A program made the position numbers and the translations under genes. Shown piece after piece: positions 1 through 14,200 of a stretch of 64,000 nt of DNA. A model generated the notes under the pieces. That model did not search any database. It saw only the letters and a program-made list of their open reading frames with translations, and was not told the origin of the DNA. Positions within the stretch are counted from its first letter, which is position 1; every line of letters begins with the position of its first letter. The DNA is from Callorhinchus milii (lineage: Eukaryota), in assembly GCF_018977255.1 (NCBI RefSeq), contig NW_024704742.1, positions 1,860,001 through 1,924,000 on the forward strand, written 5' to 3'.

Positions 1-886
1 CAGAGCAAGGTGACCTTCATCCCAGAAAACCATTCTCAAAACAAAACTTCGCACAGAATGTGAATCATTTGGAAAATGCTGCAGATTTTGTTATAGCTTT
101 CCTATTGATGTGGATAGTCATCTATTGATCAAAGCTTCCTTGATGAAGCATCTCTATCAGACTAGGGGTAACAATTCCATAGGGCGTGAGGAGCAATGCC
201 TTTGGCGATATTGGCCGACAGTGAGATTCCGCACAATTGTTATGCAGACTTTATGCTCATTTGTTGGAGGCTTTGTGTTTTGTGAATTACTATTCGTGGG
301 ATGAAAACTGAGAGCCAGGCTGCTAATTATCATGGCAATAATTTGCACATCTTTGAAAAATGTATGGTGAATCAGTCGATACTAATAACTCTTGGACAGG
401 CCCCCCCCTCTCTTCCCCCTCCCCCCTTAGAACCATGGACATTTACAGCTCAGAAAGACTCAGTCCAAAGCCAAGAAGAGCTATGGGATATTAATTTAAC
501 TGGACAAAAATTCAGGGTTAAGCAGGGGTCTTGTAAATAGGCACTTCAATGTCATCATCCATCGGCTGGCAAGTCCAGGGGTGCTTTGGGCAAACTTTGG
601 ACCCAACAATTGTGTTGGAGTTGATTTTTGAAGGATTTTTCTCATCTTTGGTTAAAAACAGTCTTGTCCACGTTGATGAGCAATGCATTCACGTCCACCA
701 GTGATCACTATCACATCACAGTTCACACGGTTTACCCATTGTTTGTTATTTAAGACGGTAGATGTGGAGCTGTCATACACTGTTGTGTCTTTACATCAAA
801 ACTAATTAATCTAAAAGCACATAAAGAATCACTTGTTTTGAGATCTCCAAGGTTAGCATTTGAGGACAGTTAACTTTATTTGCATT

Positions 887-903
887 CACGTGCGATTCAC
901 GTG
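887..903. promoter_or_regulatory. Paired E-boxes CACGTG-N5-CACGTG (ChoRE-like geometry)
   Basis: cacgtg-cgatt-cacgtg is read directly; function is unproven. Confidence 0.25.
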
Positions 904-3900
904 ATGGGAGATCGTAACAGATGAAAATAAAATCTTTGCAGATATTTGCTGTACTGTTCACCAAAGTTAAAGTTATTGAAAACTGTAAAGAATGAGCTGA
1001 AATGAAGAGTCCCGTGAAATCTAAAGTGCTATTTACTGTGCTCTAATGTAGATCCAACAGGGCTGTGCTCGAGGGCAAATAGAATGGATTTTCATATCTC
1101 TGAGAAGCAACAGCCCATAATTCCAGTTTACGATGCTTGAATCACAAATGTTGTGATTCTACACCCAATTGAAAACATAGCATTTAAAGCTTACAAGCTT
1201 CAAACTCATCCGATTTCCCCCCCCCACCCCCCAAAAAAAACTTTGTACTTTCTTCTTTTCATTCAGTAAGAAAGAGAATGAAATGCTTGCAACTAGGTCT
1301 CTATTGCTGTTTCCAAGTTTTTTTTTCAAAGAATGCAAGTAAAGATAAAACATAAAATTCACAGAAAGTTCGGTATTGTGTTATCTTTCTGTACTGTATT
1401 TGGATTAGACAGTGTATTCTAGCAAATGTTTAAATGAACCAGCATAACTGATATTTACTCTATTTGAAAGGACAATAAATATGTGTAATGAGCACTCAAT
1501 TCATATCTGAGGTCAGAGGACTCAGCTCTTGTTAATCCCGCAAGGCAAAGCCCTAACAGGTAGAGGGGTCCAAGATGGATAAGCATTGAGAAGCTTGCTA
1601 GACAGTGGTCTCAATGGCAAGCTATGTGATTTAACTGGTTAGGTTAAACTCCAGCAATATCCATCCCAACACACGTTTGAGATTCCTCAAGTCTTGGCTC
1701 TTGCCAATCTGCACCGAATTAACAACGAAAATTTGCACTTACACAGCGACCCTCCAGACAGGGCAACGTCTCAGAATGCTACACAGAGGCAGAATTGAAA
1801 CCCGAACAAGGGTTGACTTATTTTTAGGTATTCATTTTGTTCTCTTTCGAAAGCTGGTAAGAATTCAGCATCAACCGCTGTTCGCAGCCGGGCAAGGGCG
1901 TCGGTTGAGGCAGAATCCATACAGGCTTCGAAAACGATCCAGGTCAATACATAAATATGGCCTAGTGTTGCCTTCACCTCCTGGGCGAACAGCAGAGCCA
2001 ATTGCCCCCGGAATGGGGGTATCTGCTGCAATATCCCAGCGCTAAATGAAATGCATTTTATTCTTGGCAGCTGCAAAATCTCCATGTCGCCATTGATTAC
2101 ATGCATTGAGGAATTCCTATCGGAACCAATAGAAATACAGATGTGTATAGCTTGTTGATATCATATAAAGATGTAATTTTCCTCAATTTTGCCCTGTTGC
2201 TGCTTCATTTCCTTTCCATTCTAATTATTTTCCAGCAACAATTTAAATAAAATGCATAATAAATCCAACTTGTCAACCTTTACCTAGTCGTGTGGCTTGG
2301 CCTAATGAAATTTAAAACATTTTGAAATTCAATTACAGTCTCATTTGATCACAGCTATTAGCTTTATCTGAACAGTCCAATTCATTCATGGTTAAATCTG
2401 CTTCCTGCTCTTATTTTAATTGCACAAAAGGTCTGAGGTGGCCTTCAGACTGAAATATTTTCTATTTTCTTTCGTCTGCTGAGCAATGCATTTCATTTTG
2501 ACTTTTCCTGTCCAGAGATTCAAAATCAAGTCTACGGTCAGGCTCGATACTTCAAGGAACAAATCATGAAAAGGCTTCTAGAAATGTTCTATTTGAGGCT
2601 TAAGCCCTCCAAGATGCTCCTTACATAAAGGTCGCTATATAAATGCAAGTTGTCACTGCTGTTATTGTTTTCCACACCAATAAAAACACTTATTATTTGT
2701 TATCACTCGAATCTACCTATTTGGAAACCACAGTTTTGCAGTTTGAGTAACAGTTAACATGCTAAGGACTATGTGTTGGCTGTATTAATGGCAAGCTTTA
2801 TTGTATTCAGCAACATTATGTAGGGTTTGATGTTGCCACATTATTTACATCTGGGATTCGTTTCAAATCCAACACCAATTAATGGGATCAAAGTTACACC
2901 TTTCTACTGGCTGCTGAGAAACCTAGGTGTAATGAGCTTGGCTGGTCTCAACTTACTTTACTGTCGTCTATTGAATGCAGGATGTCTTCAAAGAGACCGT
3001 TATGGAGGCTGATATGGATGCATTGGTTGATACAGTACAGTCGACTATTTTTAAACTGGGATTGAGGTATGGTTTTGAGCCGGAGAACAATACCTTCCAT
3101 CTAACTTGCGTAAAAGCTGTTGCTGAAAATGCTCAATAGATATTGAGCAAGAAATTCAAATCCTGCAACAGGCCCATCCGGCTGTGACATTGACGTAATT
3201 GTTGGACAGGGAGACTTACACAAAGAAAACCAAAATTATAGAGAAAGTTGCATTGGAAATAAGACGTTTCGAAAATACCGTACTTTCTGAAAGTTCGGTA
3301 TATTTTTCTCCGGTCCTTCAGGCCCCCTTGATTAAATCGTGCCCACGTCTTCAAGTTGACAGGTTGCGTAGCTATTTAGATCTGGAGGAGTATCTGGAAT
3401 GTAAGTGGAGCTGGCAGCGGGGATGGGCGGCGGGGGGCAATAATGCGATATGTATTGTCTGTGGGGCCAACTGAGAGCTGCAAGGGTTGAACACGCCAGC
3501 ACGTCTTACATTGTTCCCTTCCAGTGGTGCAGAAAAGTGATTTTACCGCAGTACTCAGGAGCGCCCTGGATAGACATCAGCTAGATTTTATCATTTCCAT
3601 TTACATCACTGCCAGAGGTAGTGCAAAAAATGCAGCTACATGTGCCAAATAACTGATTCTTGTTCAGCAATGCAAAGCGCAGTTTTACGCCATCTAATAT
3701 TCATCACACGATTTAAATGTGGTTTTTTTTTTCCCCTCCGTTGCGGTTTAATTTTCGAGGTTTCATGTTTTGTGTCCCACGAGGAACTCGCCTCACATGG
3801 CGCAAGAACATTAAAGCGGCTATCTCTTGTCCCTCATGGTAGAGGGAATAGATGCAAACAAAATATTGTTGCAAGGCCATGCTGTGTACAATCTGGATAG

Positions 3901-4080
3901 ATATTGATTGCTTCCAGCCTTGTACTGCAGTCTCAGCCTATGTTATGCAAGTTCTAAATCCCGACATGGGGTTTGAACCTTTTGACTTGAGAAATGACAC
4001 TGCTACCGACTGAGTTAGTTGATTGATTCAATCCAGGAACAGGGAAGGTTTGGCTTGCTGCTTATTGATGCTACACCTCC

Positions 4081-4310
4081 ACAACAACAACAAGATTCCA
4101 TTTATAGAGCGCCTTTCACGTCGGGAGGACGTCCCAAGGCGCTGTACAGTTGGGTCGGGACCCGAGCAGGGGGTAAACGGTCAGGGTGAGGGGAGGGAAG
4201 GGAGGGAGCGAAAAAGGGGGTAGAGAGTCGAGAGGGGAGCTGAAGGCACGGTCAAAGAGAAAGGTCTTGAAGGAGGAAAGGGAGGAGGTGGCGAAGGCAC
4301 TGGGGGATTC
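4081..4310 (-). mobile_element. L2-clade LINE 3' end (5'-truncated)
   Basis: The minus strand gives the end of ORF2, a C-rich 3'UTR, the tail hairpin agcgccttgggacgtcctcccgacgtgaaaggcgct and a (TTG)n end; homologous to 17361-17954. Confidence 0.9.
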
Positions 4311-4589
4311 CTACCCCCTTTGGTGCTTCCCACCCCCTTAGTTCCCATCCAGAATTGCCAAGTACTTTGAGACATCAATACTGACACCAGAGACCCAAAA
4401 GAATATCAATCGTATTTATTTACCAAATGAATATTCACAAGGCAACCCCAAATAAACTGTACCACATTTCAGTTGTTCAGGCGAACCAACTGTTATACCT
4501 CACACGGCTGTAGATTTGGGTCCCGTTCAACTTTGGTGCTTAGTTAACACTGAGAATTTACGTGGGCAAAGATAGCACTGGACCATCCA

Positions 4590-4880
4590 GATGGGAAGCT
4601 TGCAGTTTCAAAAGCCAGTCAGTGATGTGTTAGCTGATCTCAGGACAGCAGCTGTGTCACTGCAACTGGGAGAATCGGCCATCGATCCAGGTCTTAATTA
4701 CTCGGAGACCTTAACCAGAAGGTGCATGTTTGTGAGGGCTTTGTGCGGTGACCAGTTTGGACTCAGATCTGATGCTCATGTGGGTAAATAGCCTACCAGT
4801 GTTTAGTATGAATACTTCTTCATGAATAATGGCCACTTGGGTACCAGTGAGGTCTCTCATGTACCTGTGGTACATCATCC
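4590..4880 (+). mobile_element. Putative ancient SINE-like interspersed repeat (family not assigned)
   Basis: Motifs ttagctgatctcag, aaatagcct and catgaataatggccacttggg resemble a repeat I recall from shark genomes; only one copy here. Confidence 0.3.
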
Positions 4881-5815
4881 AGCAGAAGTCAATGATGTCA
4901 GACGGGGAAACAAATTGGGGGAGAAAAATTGGCAGGAGCGAATGCTGGGAGGGAAGCATTTGATAGGTTCCTGACATTTACTCTCTTGTAATTCAATGTA
5001 GGACTGGAGTCTTTGTAATGATGAGTCACCATTCTCATTCTCCATTGAAGCAAATGCGTGTGGGGGAGGCAAAGCCGTCATTCTCTTGCTTTCCTGTGTC
5101 CCAACCGGTATTTGGTTACTCGCATCACAGCAGTTTTATTAGCGGCCCAGTAGAAAACAAACTGAGGTTGGATTTCTCAGTTTAGAGAGTATTTTAGCCT
5201 CACATTTCTGTAGATCAAACACGCTTATCTTTGTACTTGATGTACTTGAAAAACGGCCACACAACTAGTCCTTGGAACCTCAGTTCAGCTGCTTCAGTGG
5301 CTTCTGGAACAATTTACAGCTTTAGCTTCAGCTTGTTCCAAATTCTGAATTTCAGGGTCCTGCTCCTTGGAAAGGAGGATTCACGCTGTTTGTTTGTAGA
5401 TAATGTACGTATTTTTCATGTTTATATTGCTCACCAAGCACTTGGTTTTATCCCCTGCCATCAGATGCCAAGCTTAAGAGTTTTAATGGATCTTTGCGTT
5501 GGCCAGTTTCCTCTCCTTTCCTGAAGATATTTCACTTCATTTTCCTTTAATATGCGGTGCTACAGACCCTGGGCAACCTCTGTGTGGAGCATTGTTCCCG
5601 AGAGAGCTTTAACACTGAGTGTCGTCAGGTTATTTGGCCACTCTTGCAACAGATTTTAAATCATCTTTTTCGGCATCCGCTGGTGGCGGGCGACGAGATT
5701 ATTGGGAATAACTTTATGGCGTGGATTCTGCTGGGTACAGTTAAGAAAAAATAAGCGTTTAAACCAGTTTGAACTTTCCAACAATCATAAATAAGGATTG
5801 TCACGTTCGGCTACT

Positions 5816-5817
<2 letters not shown>

Positions 5818-5846
<29 letters not shown>
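5818..5846. repeat. (TAT)n microsatellite
   Basis: Perfect trinucleotide run. Confidence 0.9.
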
Positions 5847-5848
<2 letters not shown>

Positions 5849-6379
5849 CGTCTCATTAATTGACCCTTTTAAAGTTCTGATTTGGACCTGGCGNAAAAAA
5901 ACAGGTGAACAATTGGCGAGGCTGAATGTGTATTTCTTTTCTGACATTCATAGCCGATGGAGGCTTGGTGCTTTCAGGGCTATTACTCAGCTTTGTATCG
6001 TGCTAAATGAAATTTCTTTTGAAGTGTTTATAACCTCCTCGCGAAGCAGGATAAAATAAACTGACTTGGAACTGAGGAAGAGCTGGCAGCTCCTTACCAC
6101 TTCCCTCCACTTTTGTATCAGAAGGTGATGTACTTATTTTCCTGACGGGCTGCTAGTTATTCCCAGGAGCATCATTCGGTTTACACCGCGAGGTCTAGTT
6201 TGAGTTCTTGACAATCTGCTGGCCATCGACAGTCCACTGTTAGCAAATTTATTCCGATCAATTGGCAATTTGGCCTCAGCTCCTATAGTTTGAACAATTC
6301 AAATTAAACTACACAGAACTTTATGCCTGTTGCCAAAATGGCACGTGCATTTTTTTTTCCTTTGCCAATATCTTAATCT

Positions 6380-6605
6380 TAATAATAATGATCCTTACAA
6401 TTTGACTAACTCCTTTCATGTCAGGAAGACATCTCAAAGCACTTTGCTGTAAAGTGGAATGATTGTATTTGAGGACAAATGCAGCTGCCAAGTTGCAGAG
6501 CAATGTCCCAGCCATAAAGTATTTTATCTGGGGAATTGTTGGCCAGGATACCAGGAGGGACTCCCTTCTCTTTTCAAATAGTACCATGGGATGTTTAACA
6601 TCCTT
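6380..6605 (-). mobile_element. DeuSINE 3' half (diverged)
   Basis: L2-type tail followed by Deu-domain motifs ttggccagga...ccttctcttttcaaatagtaccatgggat. Confidence 0.75.
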
Positions 6606-7589
6606 TAAAGTGCTTTAAGACACCAAACACTTCCGGGCCCTGGAAAATATGGGCATTAAGTATGAACAATAGGGGTAGAAATTCCTCCTGGTTCAAGGTT
6701 TACTTTTATTTTCTCAGTATTTCAGACCTTCCAGAATTTGTCAATTTCTTCTATACAACCTTCATTACGAAGTGGGTTTTCTCCACTCCTCTTTTGAGAT
6801 CGACAGAACGTCAGCTTCAAAATTAAGACCGAATTTACCTCATTCTGAATGCTTCGAAATCTATACAATTAAAGTAAACGCGTGTTGCAGAAACGTTACA
6901 AATGCAGTTTGCAAACCCGTAAGAACTCGGACAACGAATGGACAGAATGAAGATCATTATAGAAACCGATTATTGTCAGATAAACCAGCTTACGGGTTTC
7001 ATTGCAACTAAGGCACCGGGGAAAAGATGTGAATCTCACGAACGCTAGATTGTAAAACATAACATTTAAAAAAATTAATAAAACCTCAAAGCCTGTCATT
7101 CCCTTCCAGCTGTTAACACAGCAGCCGGCAGGCAGACACACCAGCTTTTTTGGCAGGTTACTTAAAACAGACTCCAAAAACGCAGCACGCACTTGGCCCA
7201 AACTACTTTCAAGGGCATATCCAAATTGCACATGTTTTCTAAACGTGTTTAAGTTGACATGATGCCTACTCTTTAGCTTCGGTAAATAGGAGAGTTGCAA
7301 GATTATGACTTAGAAGTACTCTTATTCATTTTATCCGGTGATATCAAAGCTCGCCTAACTGCTTAATATTGTGTATAATTGTTATGTAGAGTGACACTGC
7401 ATGGAAACAAGACATTATTCAGCCAAATGATTTCTGTGCTGCTGTTCACACCCCACGTGAGCTCTCACCCATGCTATTCCCATCTCCTCTACCCCTTTCA
7501 TTGGCCAATGCAGAGGATTATGACATTGCCTGCTGTTCCCTTCCTGTACTTATTTTCTCTGGTCATCCTACCTCAGCGATCTCCCCAAA

Positions 7590-7856
7590 CCCTGCCATCC
7601 CATGTTCTCTGGTCATTGAGCACCAGCCTGCTTCATGCCCTTGGTGGCTGGACTTCTTTCAGTCTATCCACCCCGGCTCGCTCACCCCCTCACCTTATTC
7701 AAGGCCCGTCTCAAGAACTACTTCCTTGAGTACTTTTCAGTCATCGTTCCAATTTCCACGCTTAGTTTGTGTGCCCAGCCAGTACTTTTAAGGATCTTTG
7801 GGAAGTCTTTCTGTCACGAAAGGAGTTGCATCAATGTAAACTTGTATTGTATTGTC
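7590..7856 (+). mobile_element. Degenerate L2 3' end
   Basis: ttcaaggcccgtctcaagaac (FKARLKN) followed by a decayed tail ending atcaatgtaaacttgtattgtattgt. Confidence 0.6.
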
Positions 7857-9469
7857 ATGCAACTTTCTCTTCGGATTTGCGTTTTTTCTTTGTGATACCC
7901 TGTCTTATGTTTTAATAGTATCTGCTCCGTATCCTCTGCTGGTCCTGCACGTGCTTGAAACTTTTGAATCAATACAATTCTCTTCCTTTTTGGACAGTTC
8001 ATGTTTTCATGCATGAGATGACAATTCCTCTGCTGAGCAGTATATCAGGAAAAGGCGATGCTTATTCATGCAGCCAGCTATGGAATGACACTTAAATGTT
8101 CTTGGGCAAAGGATGTTTTTTTTCCAGCAGCCAAAAGATAGGTTTGTTCATCTCCAATGCACCCTCCAGTGTGTGCGAACAGATTTCCTGCTCAAACTGT
8201 ATTCTGAGAGTAGTTTTGTCACCTGGTCTCTACCATAGAATCCTTTCAAAATCACAAACCCACAAGATGCATTTAATCTGTGTTTCCAGCCCCAATTGGG
8301 GCTATTTTTTTGTCAGACTACAGTGGAAAGGTGATTATCTGCACTAATTGGGATGGGCCCCTTTTGTGGATAAGAAAATAATGTGGTTAGTTTTTACATC
8401 ATTGCAAAATACAATTTGGCAACAGTACCAATTAAAAAAGGTACCATTGAGAGTTATTCTAATGCTATAGTGCCACACAGCTCTTCTCTTTCTCTTTCAC
8501 TTTCTTGTCTTTCTTTCTCTTTGACTCTGCCCTTTTCTCCTTCTCAGTATTTCCCTCTCTCTCTCTCTCTCTCTATCCCTATCTGTAAGTCTCTCTAATT
8601 TTCTATCTCTCTTTATTTCGACATTGTCTCGATCTGTAAATCATATGCTGTTTATAAAAAAAACCGCACAAGATTTGCCTTTTTAACAGGCACGAAGCAG
8701 CAACAACAACAACTTGCATTTAGGCAGCGTCCTTTTGCGCAGGGGAATGTCCCGGAGTGCTTGTGCTCTTTTGGATGAATTTATATACGTGCGAGTGAAG
8801 CTGGAAGGGTTGGGATGAAGCCAGGATTAGAGCTCTGTGTGCAAAGCCTTGTGCATTGTACACAAAGTCACTCAGAACACACAGGTCTCTTTGCTGGTAT
8901 CTCGTCGTCCTTCCTCCAGCTTTCACTGCGGAACCCGATGCAAATAAACAGGCACGTAAAGTGTTTGGAGTGTGGATAGCTGGCTTTCTGCTGTAGCACA
9001 GCCAGCGTGGTATATGCATGGGCCATTGATTATAACAGGCGAAAGACTTGCTTCACATAATTCACGGTAGATGTGGTAACAGGATGACAATCATTCCAAA
9101 AAGGAGCATTTAGGTGAAGAAAACATTCGGTCGGACTTCAAATGACTTTTAGGGGATTTCAGCTCGGTCCTCGAGCTTGCGTGGAATATGGACGTGAAAC
9201 CATTAAAATTCCATTTCCAGAGGCCGGTTTAGTGGATTACAACTGCTTGACTGGAGCCGAGGATAAGACAGCGGAAAAACTTGAAGCCTGTAGGGAGGCT
9301 TCAAACTACTTCCAGTGAGGGGCAGTGCTCCATAAAACGCTAAGGTCACATACCCGGTGTGCAGAGTAAACGTATTACTGCAGTGAGGGAGTTCCTTTCC
9401 AACTCAGTCGGCCTTTGAACTGAACAGGCAGATTGTTCGATTTCCCCCCGCACTCTTCACATCACTTCA

Positions 9470-9865
9470 GTAATAATAATCTTGCCTTTGGTGTAGCGTC
9501 TTTCACACTGGGAGGTCGTCCCAATGCGCTTTACAGAACTGACTGTGAAGCAGAGTGACTGTGTATTTGTAGGGGAATGCGAGAGCCCAATTGCGCGCAC
9601 AGCGACGTCCCCAAAAAACAGCCACAAAGTGAGCGACTCCAATTTTTATTTTGAGAGATTGTTGGCCAGGACACCGAGAGAAACTCCCTTCTCTTTCCGA
9701 ATAGGTCCATGGGATCTATAGCGTCCACCTGAACAAGACAGATTTTACCTTCGGTTCAACGTCTCGTCCAAACCCCGGCCCCTTCCGACAATCCAGCACA
9801 CCTCCCCAACCACCGCATTGGATTGTCAGGTTTGACTTGTGAATTCAAGTCCCAACGCTCAAACC
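9470..9865 (-). mobile_element. DeuSINE, near-complete body
   Basis: Tail hairpin, then gcccaattgcgcgcacagc, gttggccaggacacc and gcgtccacctgaaca...cggttcaacgtctcgtcc (Deu domain, SacSINE1/AmnSINE1-like). Confidence 0.85.
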
Positions 9866-10394
9866 CCAGAAAAGAAAAGCAAGCCTGCAGATTGTTTTCA
9901 GTGAGGAAATGCCAAGCCAGTGGCATTTAACACTTTTGCGTCATAAATCACACTTCAGATGCCAGCGTGTTATACACTGTATAATAATGTTTGGGCAAGC
10001 ACTTGCATGACAATATTGCCTTTGAGCGAGTTGAAGTGTGCGTGGAATCCTGTCTTGGTGTTTTAAATGTGAGGAAGTGAACTGAAAGGGCTGTGCTTTT
10101 TTTTTCTTGAATAATGGTTAAACCCAGAGCAGTGCGATTGGGTATGTAAGCCGGCACACAGGCATTGTCAGCACAACTAATATAGAATTGGTCGGATTTT
10201 ATTGGCGAAAGTGAACAAGTGCGCTTGCACATCTTATGAGATGGATCAAAGCTTCCTCAGATTCCATGCTGCAACATGTAAGACATATCAGATGAATGTT
10301 TTAAAAGATCTGAACAATGAATTCATGATATTGACATGGTAATAAAAAAAAACTTGGATCAGAATATCGTTATTTCTTTCTTCCGTCTGAACCT

Positions 10395-10680
10395 GGGTGT
10401 TCGACTGGCTCAGGTGGTAGCACTCTCAGCTCTTGAGTCAAGTTGTGGGTTGAAGGTTATTAAGTCGCCACTGATGTATTCTCAAAGCAAGACTTTTTTT
10501 GGGGGGTGGGGGGGTGGGAAATGACACGATGACCCGGTGGATATTAAAAAGGCCGTGGCACTATTTGGAATGAGAAGGGAGTTTCTCCCAGTCACCTGGT
10601 CAACAACCTCCCAAATAAAATTGGTCTTTGGCTTCATGGCTGTTGTGGGAATTTTGCCGTGTTTATTGTTGCCGCTCGCT
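10395..10680 (+). mobile_element. DeuSINE with tRNA-derived head, internally deleted
   Basis: A-box tggctcaggtggtagcactctc, then ggtggatattaaaaaggccgtggcactattt and gagtttctccc. Confidence 0.7.
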
Positions 10681-11004
10681 GCTTTGATATGGTGAGCGGT
10701 GAGTCAACTCACACTCCAAGCTTTCTCCTCGGCAAGTACATGTATTTTCTATTCTTGCATCCTCCACTTGGTACCTCACATTTATCTATATTATCCTCCA
10801 TTTGCCAGTTATCAGCTCAAGTGTATCAAGCTCTCTTAGTAGGACCTTTGCTGCCTCCTCCGATTCCACATTTTTCCCCAACTTGATGCCACCTGCGAAT
10901 TGAATTACCTTACAGTGGATTTATCAATCCGAGACATTGACTTAAATGAGTAACAGTAGGAGTCTCAAGTACACAACCCTCGGTTGCCTTGATTCTGTCT
11001 GTCT

Positions 11005-11225
11005 GAGATGAGATGGATGCCAAGCAGGAGAGCCTCGGGCTTGTCTTTGTTTCATCGAAAAAAGTTAGAGCTTATCCAGGACTTGATGACTGACAGGCAG
11101 ACCGTCAGGAAAGCTGGTCTGGGAATCGAGTTTCTTGGCAGGGAGATAGAGTTGGGTGTTATATGCGAACATATGAAAGTGTACCCCTCGTCTGAGGATG
11201 ATGTGGCCTAGTGAGAGATAGAGAG
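11005..11225 (-). mobile_element. L2 reverse-transcriptase fragment (decayed)
   Basis: The minus strand reads LSLGHIILRRGVHFHMFAYNTQLYL...CLSVIKSWISSNFF (the YADDTQLY region of L2 RT). Confidence 0.75.
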
Positions 11226-11329
11226 TCCTGAGGAACATCGCATTCGACTGTGGGAAGTGAGAGGAGAAGCTGGTTGATGTGACTTGTTCATGAGTCCAAA
11301 CAAAGTGGAAAAATATGAGTTAACCAGCA

Positions 11330-11870
11330 GTACAGTTAAAGGAGAGTTTATGAGGCACTTGTTTATGTAGAGAGTGGTGAGTGTGAGAATGTGGAATTCA
11401 CTGCTGGAAGCTACGATTGAAGTAAACAACGACAGCACATTGAAGAGGAAACTTGATGCGTTACACGAGGAAGAGGGGAATAGTGTTAATAACTTAAGTT
11501 ACGAGGAGTATAAACACAGACTGGTTGATCCAGGACTCTATCCTGGTTGAAGGATGCTATATAAATACAAGTTATTGTTGTTGTTGTTCTTTATAAAATT
11601 GAATTCCTCTCAATTGAATTTCTCTTGAGCTCCCATCAGAATTAAAAGGGAGATTTGAATAGATTATTCACCCCGACTGGTTGGAATGTGTAATTTTCTG
11701 CGACCAAAAATATTGTTGAACTAAATTCCATGAATTATTTTCATTGGGGGAATTAGACAGATGCTTGAAACGGTATGGTGATCAAGCAGGAGAGCCAGAT
11801 TAGACTAGATAGTTCATGTGGAGAAAATCATCAGTGTAGACTTGACAGGCCAGTGTTTCTGTGCTGTAGA
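11330..11870 (+). mobile_element. Two tandem CR1-clade LINE 3' fragments
   Basis: RHxFxxRVV..WNSL...KRKLD-like C-terminal motifs at ~11350-11460 and again at ~11650-11770. Confidence 0.6.
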
Positions 11871-13802
11871 AATTTGATCAAATTTGACATCGATTGGGGC
11901 AACTGCACCCAAATATTGTGGCTCGAGAAGTAATTAACATGCGTTTTGTGCCTTGCAGTAAGATCATTCTGGTGCCTTCAAATATCAAAATAAAGATTAT
12001 GTTACAGGCTACAGTTAGATTATAAACAAAGAGCACAGACGTTTCTTTTTATAATCGTTCCTTTCAACTACCTGCAGAGGGAGTGTCATGGGAGTTGGGT
12101 TGGATTGTGTTGTGTGGTTTGTTTCATCTTAGTTCAGCGTTTAATTCTGGAGGTGTTTGTCTGACGCTGATATTTCTGTGGAAATCAACCGAGGACATTT
12201 TCTCTGTAATGTCCACCTAAACAGGCAGACGGGGGCCTCTGTTTAACATCTCATTCAGAATATAAATATCAAGCAGGTAAGGATCGATACTGCACGTGCA
12301 AGTTAAAAGCACGTCATATAGGTTCGTGCTACTTGGAGATGTGCGAACACAAGACCTTTTACTGCCACATGCGTACATGTGGTGTTTCACTGTACTGGGG
12401 ATAGGGAAGGTGGAACATCAGTACAGAACAAATGCACCAAAATATTTGCTATGTCCCATAAGCAACCCTGAAGTCAATGGACAATTTTATCCCATAGGGA
12501 AAAACTCTCCCAAACAAGACAACGCATTGGTTTGAAAGGGACGCTGTCTGATATTGGAGGGCAAGATGCTGTTAATTGTGAACACAATATGTTCAGAACT
12601 TTATCTTTGAAATGAACCCACAGAAACACCATCTGTTCTTTATTAAGTCACTCTCATGTGACTGCAGTGTTTCTCTGTTCTCCGAGTGTTTATACTTCAA
12701 AACCAGTAACCTTCTTGTGAAACGTAGTCAAGTTCACATTGAACGGGATTTATCAAAGTTATGAGACTAAAGGTAATTTGATACTTCTTAGGTTCCATCT
12801 AAATTTCACATTGAGTACAGACCTTTACAACTCCAAGCATAATGATAATAATCTTTGCTTTTGAAATAGCATCATTGATATATGTCATTGATATATGTCA
12901 TTGAGACGTCTCAAAGCGCTTCACAGAATATACTGTAAAGCAAACTGACTGTGTATTGTGTGGGCGAAAGACGGCAGACAATTTGTTAAGCTATTAAGTG
13001 AGACGGGTAAATTGATGAGGGTGAAGTCAAGTAGATGACTTCCTTATGTTGATTTTACTATTATCTACACAGGTTCAGCATAACAGTAGTGTCCTTCAAG
13101 ACTCTGCCAACTCAGTTAGAGGTGTGAAAAACCAGTTACTCTTGGGGGTAGATTTTGAAGTCTCTCCAGGAACATAGGAGAAGTTTGGGAGAAATATTAC
13201 AAGATCGCAAGAATGGTTCAGATTAAAGAAGGCACTTTGGGCCATTTGATCTATCCCTTCCAGAACACTCAACCTACCATCTTCCCATCACAGCATCAAG
13301 CTGTTAATTTAAACAAGTCCAGTATCCTGGCTTCAAGCAGTCTTCCCGGTAACCAGTCGTCAATTACTCTCTCAGTAAATAAATGCTTGTCTTTATATAT
13401 CCTCCTTTGCAACTCTGCGGGCAATTTCAGGAATAATAGCAGATACGTGCAAGATTCCTCACATTAATCTTGAAACCTGTGACAAACTTGACGCCTGAAA
13501 CCTGTGACAAACTTCCAGGTACACATATTTTGGCTCTGGCAGAAGTCTTTAGCAGAAGTAGATATCAACAAAGCATATGGTATGAAGATGTGCATAGAAT
13601 AAAACATGTACAAAACACCTGGTCCAGATGGGATGCAACCTGGAATCCTTTATAGGTTAAGCTCTATGTAATACTTTAGCTCTCTGAACACAACATATGA
13701 TTTGCACATGAGACTCAAGTGGAATCTAAACACCGCACACGGTAGTTGGGCCGAATGACCTGTTTCCGTGCTGTACGTTCTTTGCAAATCGTTGTCAATG
13801 AC

Positions 13803-14200
13803 CAATCATGCCTCGCGAATCTAGTCGATGTAGTTGAGGAAGCCCTGCGGGTATGATTTGTTTGGGTTTTTCAGGAGGCTTTTGATGAATTCTATATTCA
13901 AGACTTAAAACAGATTTAGGCTCATTAAATTAATGGCAACAAAACCATGCTGAATTGGAAAATGGTTCAGCAATAGGATGCCAGGGGCAGCAGTAAATTG
14001 GTAATGAAAAAGAACTTGAATTTGTGTCTTGCCTTTTTATATTATCATAAAACAATGACAGTTCCGTTGGGAGCTGTTCTTAACTTTTCAACGGAGAACA
14101 TTTTATAAGCTGATATAAAATGTGCACGTATTGTCACTCTATATAAACAATTGATGAAATAATAGAGGTAAGTAATAGAGGTAAGCAGTATTGAGACGGA
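13803..14200 (+). mobile_element. CR1 RT fragment (decayed)
   Basis: tcatgcctcgcgaatcta (SCLANL), caggaggcttttgat (QEAFD), and a WFSNR..VNW-like segment. Confidence 0.55.
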
